64,000 bases of DNA from Amoebidium appalachense (GCA_963693365.1 CAVNZM010000002.1:2248259-2312258), one strand, 5' to 3'; positions 14,563 through 28,799 are shown, numbered from the stretch's first letter. Notes: a model not told the origin generated them from the sequence alone. Numbers and translations are program-made.

Positions 14563-14619
14563 ACACACCTATGCCCATGCAAACACCAAATCACAATCAC
14601 TCACTCACTCATTCACCAG

Positions 14620-14711
<92 letters not shown>

Positions 14712-14731
14712 AAAGTACACGTACGCGTACA

Positions 14732-14800
<69 letters not shown>

Positions 14801-14814
14801 AAAGTACACGTACA

Positions 14815-14889
<75 letters not shown>

Positions 14890-16336
14890 AAAGTACACGT
14901 ACACGTACACGTACACACACACACGTACACGTACACGTACACGTACACTTTAACGTACACGTACACACAGCAGCAGCAAGACAAAAAAGCCCAGTTCTCC
15001 CGGCGAAGAAGCAGCCAAACAGGCCAACTTCTTGACCGTCAGCCCGATCCAAGCAGCACTCGACCCGTGTCAGTCCCTTCCTCTAGCGCACACACATCGG
15101 GGGGGGGTCTGTAACCATAAACCCCCACGCCGAGGTGCTAATTGAGCTTCCATCGTTCTATGTTGGTGATGAAAAACCCCCCCGCAAGCTCAAAAACAGC
15201 CACAGTGGTCACAAGACCAATAGTAGTTGCAGTGAGGGCGATGATCAGACAACTCCGGAAAGCAGTGGAAGTGAAAGCGAGGTAACGTGGCCCAGGATTT
15301 CTCAGTCTCCCCTCCCCCCCCCCCCCCCCCCCCAAAGACCCCTTCTTTCCCACCACCTCCCTGCTCCCACCCCCCTACGTTTTTGCTCCACCCATCCCCC
15401 TCCTCCAACAACCCCCTCCACGCAACACCCCCAACATCCACCTACCCAAAAACGTCTTAGGCTCGAATAATATAAGTGCAATTTTGGGCATCCACTCGTT
15501 TTCGTTTTTTTGGTGTGTAGTGTTCGTTCAAAACTCACCACCAGCACCAGTCCGCCCTCTTGTCTTTCTCATTTCCTTGAGCGAGGGTATATTGTTATTT
15601 ATGGCAACTGACTCTTGCATTTTTGCCAAAAGGCGTTTCTCTAGGACTGGTCGAGAGGTTATTGGGGCTGGCAGGCGGCAAAGCCCGGGGGAGAGGCGGG
15701 GGGAGGGGGTGGGGGGGGGGGGGGGGGGGGGGGGCAGATAAGACAGAAACCAATCCATCTTACATTTTTTCTGTGTGGCATTGGGGGGGGGGGAGGGGGG
15801 GGGGAGGGGGGGGGAGGGGGGATGGGTTGGGGGGGGGGGGGGGGAGGGGAGAGAGGGGGAGAAGGAGGAGGGGACTGGTCAGAATGGAGGGGAGAAAGCG
15901 AGATGACGAGGAGGCATGGAAACCAAGTTGTTCCTGCATGTTAACACCCCCCACCACCCCCACCCCCACCACCACCCCACCCCCATCTTTTTCTCATTTC
16001 CCCTCCCTCCGTCTCTTCCTCCCCACTTCTTCCCCTCCTCCCGTTCTTAGAAGTGTTAGACTACATCATAGCACATACTCTCCTCCGACTAAATGATGAC
16101 AATCACATGCATGGGAAGCTTGAATAGCAAACAAAGAACACAGCAGATGGGTGATGCATGCTTTTTAATGCTTTGGGGTCTGCTTTGGGGGGGAGGGGAG
16201 GGGGTTAAGGACAGGGAAAACGGGACGGGAGGCAGAGGGGGGGGAGAGGGGAAAAGGGAAGGGGAATGGAGAAAGGGGCTAGAGGCGGGGAAGACAAGTA
16301 AGTGAAACGGAGGACAAGGGTTTCAGTGGTTCTGTG

Positions 16337-16371
<35 letters not shown>

Positions 16372-19170
16372 CTTGCAAACTAATCACTCTGATTCTTACT
16401 GCTGTGCAGGCGGACAGCAAGGCATTCAAGCAACGGGCTACATCACCCACATTGCCAAATCTGAACGACCGCGCCGACACGTTTGCCGTTCGACCGCCGA
16501 GTTTTGGGGGTCGCAGGGGCAGCCCAGGCATTGCCGGCGCTTTGGGTTCTCTCGTTGCACAAACACCAGCATCAAACACACCACCGACACATGTGCAAAA
16601 CACAACACATGCAACACAGAACGACAACGAACAAGGCGGTTCCCGTAGCAGCAGTGTTGATAATGAGTGCCCTGCCGTCACACAGGAAAAGGCAGGGGGG
16701 TTCTTTTCACGGTCAACAAGCGGGTTTTTCATGTTCAATCTCCTGGATCGGAGCGATTCGATTGGTTCTAGCCATGCGGCGAACGATCGGCAGGTGGTAT
16801 TTGGTGAGTCGGAGGTTCGATCAGACGACCTTAACCAGCAAGGGAAGTCGATTACGTTTAAGGACGCTACTCTGGGTTTCATCGCACGGATCGGCGGCAG
16901 GGAGGACGGCCGGCGGATCTCATTGGACGATCGAGATACCGCGCGATCGGTTACATCTGGCGAAACCGCGAGCATAACGAGTGAGAGCCGGTCATTTATC
17001 ACCACCACCTCCGACGAACAGCAGAAGGAACCTTCGAGTATCGCGCAAATTCGCCGCCGCGCCAGTTCTGTGATAAACTCACTAGTACGTCCAGTGATTC
17101 CAACCAATATCCAAAATTCCAGTCGTACCAACACCAACCAATCGGACGCTACGCCAACTAGCCCAATCGCTACCTCCCATTCCGGAAACGGTTCCTCTGC
17201 ACCTTCATCCCCGCTCATCAACCGAACTAAAACACAACGGCCGCGCTCGTGCACAAGCACCGGTACCAGTAGTATGCTCTCTGGATTGCCCAAGAAGAAT
17301 TCTGCCGGTGAGGATATGCCATCGTTACTCTCTTCCCCTTTCGCCAGCGAAAAACGGAATCGCAACCGCGCAATGACAGGTGGCGACCACGATCCGCTCC
17401 CACCCGCACACGCTTCACACGTTTCCACTGTCCCGCACGTTGTTTCAAACGTGGATTTGGTCGCACACGCCGCGGAAGAAGCAGCACGGGCATCTGCACA
17501 GGCGAGCCAAGCCACTCGTCGACGCGCAAGTTCAAACGCAATAAGCACACTAACCCTCGCCACCCAACCACGCGTCGTCACCCCGGCAGCATTGTTACCT
17601 CTTCGCACGCGTGCAATGACAACATCGCGCAAGGAGGAAGCATTGCTAATCGCACCCAGCCGACCCGCCGCCACGTCTGTTTCTACCACTCAGGGTATGA
17701 TGCCGCATTTATCCGCTGTTGCTCGCGAACGCGAACTGAATTCGGCGATGGGGTTTGCGTCTGCAGGCGAAGAGGAGGAAAAAACGCCGAAGCCGTCACG
17801 TAGCCGTAGTGTTTCCCTCGTGAACAGTTTTCGTGTGAGCCAGGGAAAGCTCAAAGAGCAGTTTGCGAAACCAAAACCCACGCTCGATCTTGGTAAATTG
17901 CCGAAAAAGGAAGATGGCGGATCCGGATTGGACGGTATCAACCAATCAAAAGACACGGTTTCTTCAACGGGGGGATCCAATGTGAGGCTGTCGTTTTCTG
18001 CGCCGCCAGCATCACCGACGGTTGTTCGATTTGTTGACCGTGTTGAGCCCCCCCCAACTTTCGTCGAGCAGCTACTCAATGACACGGAATTGTGGAGGGA
18101 CCTGAAATTGTCGTTTTTCCGGTTTTTGGACGAGGAGCACTCTAGGGAGAGCGTGCTGTACTACTACAAGTGCCTGAAGTTCCGCAAGCGGGTGGAATGC
18201 AACACAGCCACTTACGATGATATCCAGGTACGTGATACTGTATCTGTCTCAGACGCTCTAATGCTGCAAAGAGACGTTCACTTTGGCCACTCTTGAATAG
18301 GTGCACGTTGCACGCAGGGGTTTGCGCAAGCACCCATTAGCAGAAACACACACAGACACACACACGTGCACAATCACGTACAACACACACACGCACGCGC
18401 ACACACACACACACATACACACACACACACACACAGAAGAAGGGGGGAGGGGGGAGGGGGGGGGCACCGGGGCGGGGAGGTTGGGGGGGGGGGGGGGGGG
18501 GAAGGGAGGGAGGGAGGCGGGGCGGGGGGGGGGGGGGGGGGGGGAGGGGCGGGGCGGGGGGGGGGGGGGGGGGGGGGGGGGGAGGATGGGGGAAGGGGAT
18601 GAGACGTGCCACTGCACAACATACACACACACACACCACACACAAGAGGGAAACAGGCGGGGAGGGGGGGGGGGGGGGAGGGGAGCGCCTATATGCACGG
18701 ACACGTGAATGCATACACACAGTCACAAACAAACTTACATACAATCAGATGCATCTGATTTATCTGAACAGATCTGTGCAAGCACCCACACAGTACACCC
18801 ACCCCTGCATAGTCATGTGGCACACACACGCACACACACAGCAAGTACATCCCAAGAGTATGCATATACTATTATTTGAGCAAGCACAGTGTTGCCGAGG
18901 CACACTAAACTTATGGCCTGAGTTCTCCCTTTAAGCGTTATATAATTTCTTCTTGCATTTCGCACCGCCCCTGATTCTCAAGCGCACGCTTCGTTATTTG
19001 TGTCTTGAAAGTATGCAACGGGGTTCGACGAGCACCACACATCTATAAGCATCCGCGACGTGACGGACACGTGTAATTGCATGATCCCGCGGGCAAAACA
19101 TATGCATATACACACACACATACGAACGAGCACGCACACATACACACGCGTGCACACGCGCGCGTGCGCA

Positions 19171-19236
<66 letters not shown>

Positions 19237-19249
19237 CACACACACCGTG

Positions 19250-19287
<38 letters not shown>

Positions 19288-19681
19288 ACAAAGCGAGTGA
19301 AAGCGAAAACATTTACTGCACACCACCAACAGTCACAGACCGTGATGCCACCATTGTTCACCACCACTCCACTGCCTCGCATTACTGAACCAAATATAAT
19401 GCTAATAAAGCTCCCCCCATCTTTCCCCACAGGAACTTTTCAAGGAGTTTATCGATGCAGATGCCAAATACGAAGTCAACATTCCCGCATCAATCAAGCG
19501 CCGTATTGTGGACGGGGTTGCAAAGCTCACACCCGACTCGACGGATTTTGTTGAAGTGGCGGACGCTTTTGAATCGGCAAAGGAAAACCTTATCACGCTG
19601 CTGCAGCAAGATACGTACAAACGGTTCCTGAAGAAACTTCAGGCAAACCAGCAAACAGCAAACACGTCTACCCCTGCTTAA
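9344..19681 (+). CDS. Large (~1370 aa) Ser/Pro/Thr-rich disordered protein with a C-terminal RGS domain
   Basis: Exons 9344-10468, 11796-12137, 12930-13148 (GC donor), a possible small exon near 13380-13440, 14971-15281 (frameshift at a G9 run), 16410-18227, 19433-19681. The RGS domain spans the last two exons: VEQLLND...[18 protein letters not shown]...[25 protein letters not shown]...[22 protein letters not shown]. The middle exon structure and true start are less certain. Confidence 0.75.
14190..14970. repeat. Compound intronic minisatellites with variable (CA)n spacers
   Basis: Four copies of CCTATGCCC(C/A)TGC(A/G)AACACCAAATCACAATCACTCACTCA...CACCAGC at ~14190, 14336, 14472, 14568. These are followed by three copies of CGTAAAGTACACGTAC... 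at ~14708, 14798, 14887. Each unit is separated by a (CA)n tract. Confidence 0.9.
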
Positions 19682-19758
19682 TTGGGAGTTTGTCTATTGA
19701 ATGCAGGGTAACCTGAGGGCATGCTTATTTATTTTTGTATTTGTGGGTGGGTGGGGGT

Positions 19759-19807
<49 letters not shown>

Positions 19808-20488
19808 ACTCGAAATTCTTCATTCTAGCCAGCCTTTATTTTTCGTGCTGCCTCGACCCTTCACCTTTCACTTTCCAAATAGCGCATTACTGAGCTTCTG
19901 TTTTCGTCACTTTCACGTTGCGTCTCGGATTGCTTTCACTTTTGGATTTATGGTTTGCCCTCAGCGGTTATTATTGAGGGAGACTCTGTGTGTGTGTGTT
20001 TGGGGGTGGGGGGGTGGGGGGCGGGGGGGCGGGGGGAGGGGGGAGGAGGACAACAGGGAGGGTCGGGCTCAGGGCAAAGTCTGTACTGTCTCTCAGCCTA
20101 CTAAGGTCCTTGATGTGGGAACACATTTCACTATGTTAGGATAGGCGCCGATTTTTATGAAATGGATGCATGCAATAGGATGTGCTGTTAGAAAAAAAAA
20201 CCGTGTACTAGTGGCCATGATTAGATAGTGCTGGTGCACAGAGAGGTACACTCCAAAACTCTGGTGCATTGCCCTGTTCCATTTTTCCGCATTTCATATC
20301 GGGTCACCCATGTATATAAAAACCTTTGACTGTTGCCTGATCATAATCAATTGGTCCCGGCTTCAAAATCAAAGTATGAGCTGTAAAATCGAAGGAAGAG
20401 GGATGGGGGATTGGGGATACTGCGCATGCCCAAGCATTAGGCCCTGTGGTAGACCAGCAAAAGAATATTAGATCCAAAGCTCTCGTCG

Positions 20489-20650
<162 letters not shown>

Positions 20651-21007
20651 GGGCACTCCCTCCCCCCCCTCCCTCCCTCCATCCCCCCCCCCCCCCCCCC
20701 CCCCTCTTTTTCTCTCTCTCTCTATTTATTCCCCCAGGCCCATCTCCCAGTCCCTCCCACCTAAACACACATGTTCGCGATCGGACACACTGACAAACAC
20801 AATGAACTCTTCAAACAATTATTGTAGTATGTTTCCCCACAACAGCCATGGTATGTGAAATGAAAAAGGAAAAAAGCCATCGAGCTCTGCACCGGACATA
20901 TAAATGGGTAACTGCAATCTCTTTTTTTGTTTTTGCCGGGGGGGAAAGGAGCTGAGAAGAAGGAAAAAGGGATAGAAATACGCGGAAGGAGGGGATGTGT
21001 GTGTGTT

Positions 21008-21094
<87 letters not shown>

Positions 21095-21687
21095 CACACC
21101 CCAAAATGCACAAACACAAACACTCAAACACCACACGTAAACAGAGACGTAGAACCCCACCGAAACCCAAGGCACCCACACCCACACAACCCACACACAC
21201 ACAGGCCGCATGCCCGACCTGCAGACACACACATAGAACAAACCAACCATGCAACCCTAGACTCTTAGATCATTTCACCGTAGCCACCCACAATGTACAA
21301 CATCATATATTTTTAGGCAGCTGCAGCCACTCACCACCACCAGACCCCACCATACACCATTATCCCCCGTAAACCCACCCACACCACACCACACATTCCA
21401 CCACTTTAGATGAACCAATGAGAGCCCAGTTTTCAAGTTTATTCGTAGGTTCTGAGTGGAGGGGAAGTCTGGTGCTACCCACCGGCGTGGCTGGGGTTGA
21501 TACCCTGGGCAAAGTGTGTACATATAGTTAGGATTGTTATAGGTGTGTTAGTTTAGCTAATAACATCGTAGCACCCTAGCTAGAGTACTGTCGGTGCTGG
21601 GTGGAAGACGGTAGTTCCCCCTGAGGGCCCTTAGGGGCACCTCCGGGAAAAAAACGGGATAAAATAAAAAATAAAAAATAAATAAAA

Positions 21688-21802
<115 letters not shown>

Positions 21803-23475
21803 TGTGTGTGTTTTTTTTTTGGGGGGGGCGGGGGGGAGGGTGTTTGGTGGCGGTAGTGGTGGTGGCGGGGGGAGGGGGGGGGGGGGGGGGGAGGGGGGGG
21901 GATGGGGGGGGGGGGGAGGGGAGGGGAGGAGGAGAAGGGGGGTGGTGGGGGGCAAATACGTTAAGGCTTGCGATTCGATTAGTTAGAATTTAGGATCAAA
22001 GAAACCATGCAAACTTGACAAACATCGATATATATATATCTAGATCTGTGGGCTGGCTTTGTTTTGAAATAAACCTATCATAGCTGGCAGTCTGTTCAGC
22101 GGCCAGCTGCAGCTGTTTTGCACTGCTAATGCCACATCTTGCGAGTGTTCAGATATAATCTTGTGTGCAACCTTGCCCAATATTTTGCATCTGATGTTGC
22201 AGGTGTGTGATCACATGATCCCACGTGTGACACTAGTATACTAGTGTCACAGTGCACGGGCAGATCTATCTGTAGCTACGGAGGTAACCCGGACGGTATC
22301 ATACCTTGGCAACTGCAGTGCCGACGGGTGCACGCCACCAGGCCGGTGGCACCGGACTGATTTCTCAGATCGTATGGATAGACATGTATATGTACAGATA
22401 TTGATATGCTACCTCGAGCTCAGGCCAGGCCTGCAGAGTCCATGATCATATGAAATGCATACATATGCATACATATATGTTCATACTATGTGTGCATGGA
22501 TGCATATGCATATGGGGTTTACGCTGTTTACTCGATCGCGAGGCAAAGAGAGACCAGTCTCAGGTATGGGGGGGTTTTGCTCGGAATATCCCCTCAGCTG
22601 TATATCATGATCAAGTACATAGATGTCCGAGTAATGATTATGATATCAGGGTTTACTTTCTCCACGAGGCACCATAAAGACTAAGAAAAATCAATAAGTT
22701 GGGTTCCCCGTTGGGTTTTTAAATGCATATGGGTGACAACATTCGTAATAGACGTCAGCAGGCGCTGTGCTGCAACAAGGCACCTTGAAGGAAGTTGCCG
22801 GAGCAAGCCTCAGAAATGTTGATGACGTCAGTCACGTCATCTGTACATTTTTTACTTTCGAAGGCAGTGATTGGCTTATGGCGCATCAGATTTTGACGCC
22901 ACTGGATCTATTTGAGAGTATTTGTGTTGCGGATTGGTGGATCTAGCACCGTCAGGAATCCGATCGTTATCTAATGTGATGACATCATCATGATGTAGCC
23001 GTGATAGCTGTGATATGGCTGTAACATTCAAAGACGTTTCCAGTACTTGAACTGTTAACCCGTCAAATTTTCTTCGTGCTATCTTGCCCACACGTGTGTA
23101 TGAGCCGGAATACCCATGCTTTTCAGTATGAGTGAAAGGGACAAACGCGTAGGAGTCAAAAGCCTTATGAACACCTTGCAAGGAATTAGTTTAAAACTTT
23201 TTTTTGATGATCGCACGCATGCGCACGCAGTTTATATAGAAGCCTGTCTGTAACAATATTGGCAAACACATCAAGTTTGCCACCAACGAGTGGTATTTGA
23301 AGTCCTTGTGATGAGTAGCTATTATACTAGCCCCACCGTCCTACTCAGCAGCAAATTTAAATGACTACTACATTCACTTTAACAACGGTTGCCGGAAGAT
23401 AAATACATGCTATGTACAAGTAGTTAGCGCAGAAATATACTCAGACTTTGTCTCAGTCAAATATCATCTGCAAAC

Positions 23476-26400
23476 ATGCTGAGCTCTAAAGAAGCAGTCG
23501 TTCAGGATTCGGAATCGTTCGGCACCCCTGAATTTATAGAAGAATTAAAAGCGGAATGGAATATGAATCCATCGCAAAAGGCAATAGTTCTTTCCATTGT
23601 ATGTGCTAGTGTAACCATACAATGCCTAGTTACAGCCATTTATATCCTCCGACGAAAACACCACCCAATTGCCGCCCACTCCCCTGCGTGCGTCATTGTC
23701 AGCTCCTTTTGTTGTATTTTATCTTCAATTTTTGCGGGACTTATTTGTTGGTGCCGAGCAAGCAGTGGTGGGTGGTACATCTGCTTATTCAGAGGGTTGC
23801 ATGTGACTGCCGAAGTTGTCGGTGCTGGCAGCACGGTGGTTCGGTTCTGGAGGCTCTACCTGTCTTACTACCTAAAGCACGGCATTGTGGACGAAGTTAC
23901 TGCAAGCAGGATGGTAAGTATTATTAGTGCGACTCACTAAATACGTATACGCATATATTTAACATGCATGGGTTTATCTCTTTTAGGCAGCCTATTGATT
24001 GGCTTTTGTTTATAAAGAGAGGTTCGTTAGACCATTTTCTCGTTTTTATCCGTAGTTGGTGACTTTCGGAGACTTATTTTTTGGCATTTTTGGTTGGCAT
24101 AGCTATAGCAGCACGAAGGCTGTTTCCTGGATGGGGACTTACATGCCGCTAGGATTTCGGGGATGAACATTCCAAAGCCATAGATAGGTCGTGGTGCAGG
24201 TTGGTGGTGACGGGGGGAAGGGGGATGGGGGTTGCGGGGGCTTGGGGGTGGGTGTGGGGGCCCGGGGATGGGTGGGTGGGGGGAGGGGGTGCTTTTTCTC
24301 CACACCGCTGCACCGATCTGCACTCCATAGATAGTATACACATGCCGTCGCACAGTGGCATGCACACTCTTTTTTCCCTCGTTGATGTATCTGAATTTGC
24401 GCTAACCCGCCCAACGCACATTCATCCAGCACTGCTTGGGCACCAGCAAGGCATACACGTGGCGCCACATGCCCCTCGGTGTAATATTGGCACGGTGGTT
24501 CTTCGAATTGGCCCTGCCTAGTCAGGCGGGCTTCTATTTGGTGTTTTTTTGGATCTCCTCGCCCACAATTCTTGGGTATAACGTCCTTCTCGTCCTCACT
24601 TCCCTCCCAGGCCCGGTTCCCCCCCCCCCTCCCCCCCTCCCCCCCCCCCCCCCCCGCGCCCCCTCCCCCCCCCACACCCTCTCCCTAAACCCCCCCCCCA
24701 CCCCCCCCCCCTCCCACCTTGCCCTGCCCCCTCCGCAAAAAAAGGAAAAACGGGTGAAAGGAAAGGAATGACACGCACACTCACACCCACAACACTTTAT
24801 CTACCTCACACCCCCGGACCACAAGCACAAGCACAGTAATGAACTTTTATTTAAAACCTTAGAGTCGATACCAACCCCTCACATGTTACCACATCTGCCC
24901 CCACACAGGAAAGAGAGCTATTCGCACAAGGCCGACCACACCCATCCTATCATCTCTGCAACCCTCTCCGTAACCAACGTTCTATTAACGGCTACTCTCG
25001 TCGTATTAGGCCTTCTGATTCATCGTATAACGACACGATATGATTCGCTGCATATCACGTGGCAACTATGGGGTACAGCAGCGTGCAACACCATAACTGG
25101 AATCCCCTTCTTCCTATTCACCATTACGCCTATCTTTAGAGAGAAGCTGGAGCAAATCACGCGTTTCGACGTTCAATTCATCTTGGCCGAGTCCATGTAC
25201 AGCAGCATGTTTGCATTTCTCACACTCTGGCCGGTGGTTGATTCCTTTAGGTGAGAAGCCCCTCCCCCCCCCCTCCCCCCCCCCCCCCCCCCCCCTCTCT
25301 CCGCGCTCCACCCGCTTCCCCCCCCCCCCCCCCCCCCCCCCTACCCAAACAACAACCCTCCTCTTTTTGGCATTTCTCACACTCTGGCCGGTGGTTAAAT
25401 CCTTTAGGTGAGAAGCCCCTCCCCCCCCCCCCCCCTCCCCCCCCCCCCCTCCTCCCCTCCCAACCCTCCTCTTTCTACCCCCTCTTCACCCCCCCCCCCC
25501 CTCGTACCCATCCCTCAACCTGAGCTCCAACCCTAACTGGAACCTACTCCCAATATCAGGATTAAACTTGCATTCTTTTTATCCCCCCCCCCCCCCCCCT
25601 CTCCCCCCTCTCCCCCCCCCCCCCCATCCCCCCATGTTTTTCCCCTTCACTGGGAATCTTTAGCTTCTGTATCTGCTTCTCCTTCTCCCATTTCTTTTTC
25701 CTTTTCTCGTCTTTTTCTATATATTTTTTTTCTTTCTTTTTCCTTTTTGATTCAAATTTCTTAGGCTTTTTCTTCTTCTTCTTCTTCTTCTTTTTTTGTG
25801 CGTGTGTGTGGGGGGGGTGGGGGGAGGGGGGGAGGGGGGGGAGGGGGGGAGGGGGGGGGGGGGAGGGGGGGGGGGGGGGGGGGGGTAAGCACATGGCAGT
25901 CCATCGAGAGTAAAAACACGTAGAGGTACGGGGCGACGATGAGACATCTAAAAGTGGGTGGTGGTGTTCCTGAAGAAGGTTGGGGGAGGGGGGAGGGGGG
26001 GGGGGGGGGGGGAAGGGTGCCGTAAAGGATAAAAATTGAAGCCTTATAAAGTAGGACCCCTAACACTCAAGATTGTGTTCTATTGTACATGTTCAGTTCG
26101 GGCCAAAATAACACGCCTGAAAAACGTTCATGAATCGAAGTCGACATTTCCGGTTCTCAAGATCTAGTAACGTTATAACCGGTTGTTTTTATTTGATAAT
26201 GCAGGAATCAGAAGAGGCGCACACACAGGGAATCTGTTGGGCCTCAAGCCTCAGCCATGGACCGAGCCACAGATTTGCAGCGCATATTCGACCTCACGAT
26301 GGCATCCACCACATCACGACAGGAGTTCAGGAGGTTCCTGCAGGACGAATTTAGTGTGGTACGTGGCCTGAAACCGTGTTGGTCTAGTTTCTGTGTTTAG

Positions 26401-27709
26401 GGTTTGAATTTATGTGAGGAGGGTACCCCTCCCCCCATCCACCCACACACCCACCCCCCCCCCCCCCCCCCCCCCCCCCTCACCGTGATTCCTAATCTCG
26501 TTCTCCTCTCGTTACTTGAAGTGTGTTTTGGTGGGGAAGGGGACCCTAGGGGAAAGGGGATGGGAAACGGGGGGAGGGGGGAGGGGGGGGAGGGGGGGGG
26601 GAGGTGGTCCAAGGATTTGGCGGGTTGGTTTTGGGGGGGAGGGGGGGGGGGAAGGGGGGAGGAGAGGGGGAAGGGGGGAGGGGGGCCCGTGGGGAGAGAA
26701 GGGGGATGAGGGGGAGGAAGGGGGCCGGGGGCTGTACAGGAAGGATCAAAGGTCGAGAAAGGGACCAAGGGAGTTACTCACTAATCTACATCCCTGGGTA
26801 TCAAACCCACAGGAAAACCTTTTGTTTTGGGAAGCGGTTGAAAGCTTCCGCCTTCAAGCGTCAGCAAATTTAACGGGTCCGAGATATATCAATGACTCTG
26901 CACCATCCAATACTCACTCCCCAGAAATACAGCAATTTCGTTTGATTTCAAACCCTTTCAGATTGCGATCTTCCGCTTCCGAGTTTTCTGTTACTACCCC
27001 CACTGGAGACACCTCACAAGCAACCATAGAAGAAAGCGGCGAAAACATAAATCGGTCAGAGGTGAACAAACAAACGCTGAATCACGTCGCTGCAATGGCT
27101 TTTAGGCTTTACCACACGTTTATGACCCGCGATAGCCTCTATCAGGTCAACCTACCAGATGACCTCATAGCTGCAATCGAGGATCGTCTGAAACTACTCG
27201 TGAAGCAGATACATGGGGGCGAAGACGTAGTGGATGACGAATTTTCGATCAATTATCTGAACGAATCGCAAACATCGCTTTTGCCCGATCTGTCACCGGG
27301 ATCAAGCATCGTCTTGGCAAGAAGAGACACCCAGGATTCCATTTTGGACAACGGAGGGCCCGAGTTGAAAGAGGTTGAGAAGGGGATGGAAAAAGGTAAT
27401 CCCGAAAACAGGCAAAAGGCTGAAACGACAGCGATCTGGGCAGGCGATTCTAAAAGTGTTTCGAGTAATCTTGTTGGAAAACAGCAAGGTGGTACGACTA
27501 TTCATGTTAATGGGTGCGAGCCCAGTGAGAATGAAATCACAAACACACAAGCAAACGACACGTGCACACATGTAGGTTTAGATCTTCGGCAAAATACTGA
27601 TGGCTCAATACAGTTTACCGAGTGGGAGTGCATATTTGATGAGGCGCAGGGCCAAGTGTACACCTTGATGATGCTGGATTCATTTCAGAGATTCTTGGAT
27701 AGCCATTAA
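23476..27709 (+). CDS. 7TM-RGS protein, paralog 1 (658 aa): seven predicted TM helices fused to a split RGS domain
   Basis: Exons 23476-23913, 24430-24575, 24909-25250, 26205-26358, 26813-27709 total 1977 nt, in frame. Hydrophobic segments: AIVLSIVC..IYIL; PACVIVSSFCC..ICW; ..GSTVVRFWRLY; WFFEL..FYLVFFW; IISATL..LGLLI; WQLWG..PFFLFTI; FILAE..LTLWPVV. RGS motifs: EFRRFLQDEFSVENLLFWEAV, LYHTFM..YQVNLPD, IFDEAQ..LMMLDSFQRFL. Confidence 0.9.
25370..25428 (+). repeat. Intronic duplicate of the 3' end of exon 3 plus its donor site
   Basis: GCATTTCTCACACTCTGGCCGGTGGTTAAATCCTTTAG/GTGAGAAGCCCCTCCCC repeats 25213-25270 with two substitutions. Confidence 0.9.
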
Positions 27710-28072
27710 TAAAGGTTGTTAGAGACTTTTAGAGCACGCCGCTCTTAGAGATGGTTGGCAGTAATGTGCAAAAATCACATGGAAAATGCTTTGCTCAATA
27801 GAGTTGCTATAATGATGTGCAATTTCGGTTCTTCTGTTCAAAATGGGGTTTACCGTGTATTGCAGTTTTTTTTTTTGTTGTATAACCAGTTATCGCATAG
27901 TTAGTGTATCAACCGATCCGGGGTTCCTGTATTTCTTATCATTCTACTGATACTGTGAGCAACAACATCATGTGTGGGTGACAAGGAAGTCAATGAATGC
28001 TACCCAGAGTAGGAGTCACTGCAGATGTCTTGAGCTCCGAGGTGAGTGGGTGGCTCCCGGGGCTCCGGGGCT

Positions 28073-28107
<35 letters not shown>

Positions 28108-28460
28108 AGACCGAATCGGAGGGGGGAGGAGGGGGGGTGTGTGTTTAAAGAAGCCGCTGTGCACAAGGTTGTTGTTATAGCAGTTGGTCTTTAAACCAGT
28201 TGGTTGTGCCGGTGGTTGGGGGGAAGGGGGGAGGCAGGAGCCCCCCCGGCGGGGAGGGGAGGGGGGAGGGGGAGGGGGGGGGGGGGGTAATCCGGAGGGA
28301 GGGGGGGGGGGGGGGGGGGGCTGTAGGGGGCAATAAAGCACACCTTTGGCAAAAGGGTGGAGAGGTGGGGAGAAAGAAAGTTCACCTCGGGGTTGGAGGG
28401 AATTGGCGCGGGAATCCCAGGGAGAGTGAGCCTCGTATGTGTGTGTGTGTGTGGAGGGAG

Positions 28461-28506
<46 letters not shown>

Positions 28507-28799
28507 GCGGAGGGCCACCATCCACCTGTGCTGAACTAATAATAGTATTCGATTTTCTTGCTATCATTGTGTGCCGATATTTTCAATGATTTCGTCTATA
28601 TATATAAATTTGAACGATGAGAGCTCGTGGTAGCAATGCCCGCATACATATTTGTAGATGTTTGGGTAGAGAGTGCAGGAGCATGGTGACTCGGAGTCAG
28701 TTGGGGAGGGATGGAAAGAAAGACAGATGTAGAAAGATGGAGATCGATAGACCTGGGAGAGTTGCGGGAGACAGTGGGGGGGGGGGGGGGGGGGGGGGT

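Noticed and set aside
14190-14620. Repeat-spacer pattern resembling a CRISPR array
   Set aside because: The spacers are only (CA)n, the array is in a eukaryotic intron, and there are no cas genes.
16205-17689. 494-aa antisense ORF
   Set aside because: Shadow of the long + strand exon, with no recognisable motif.
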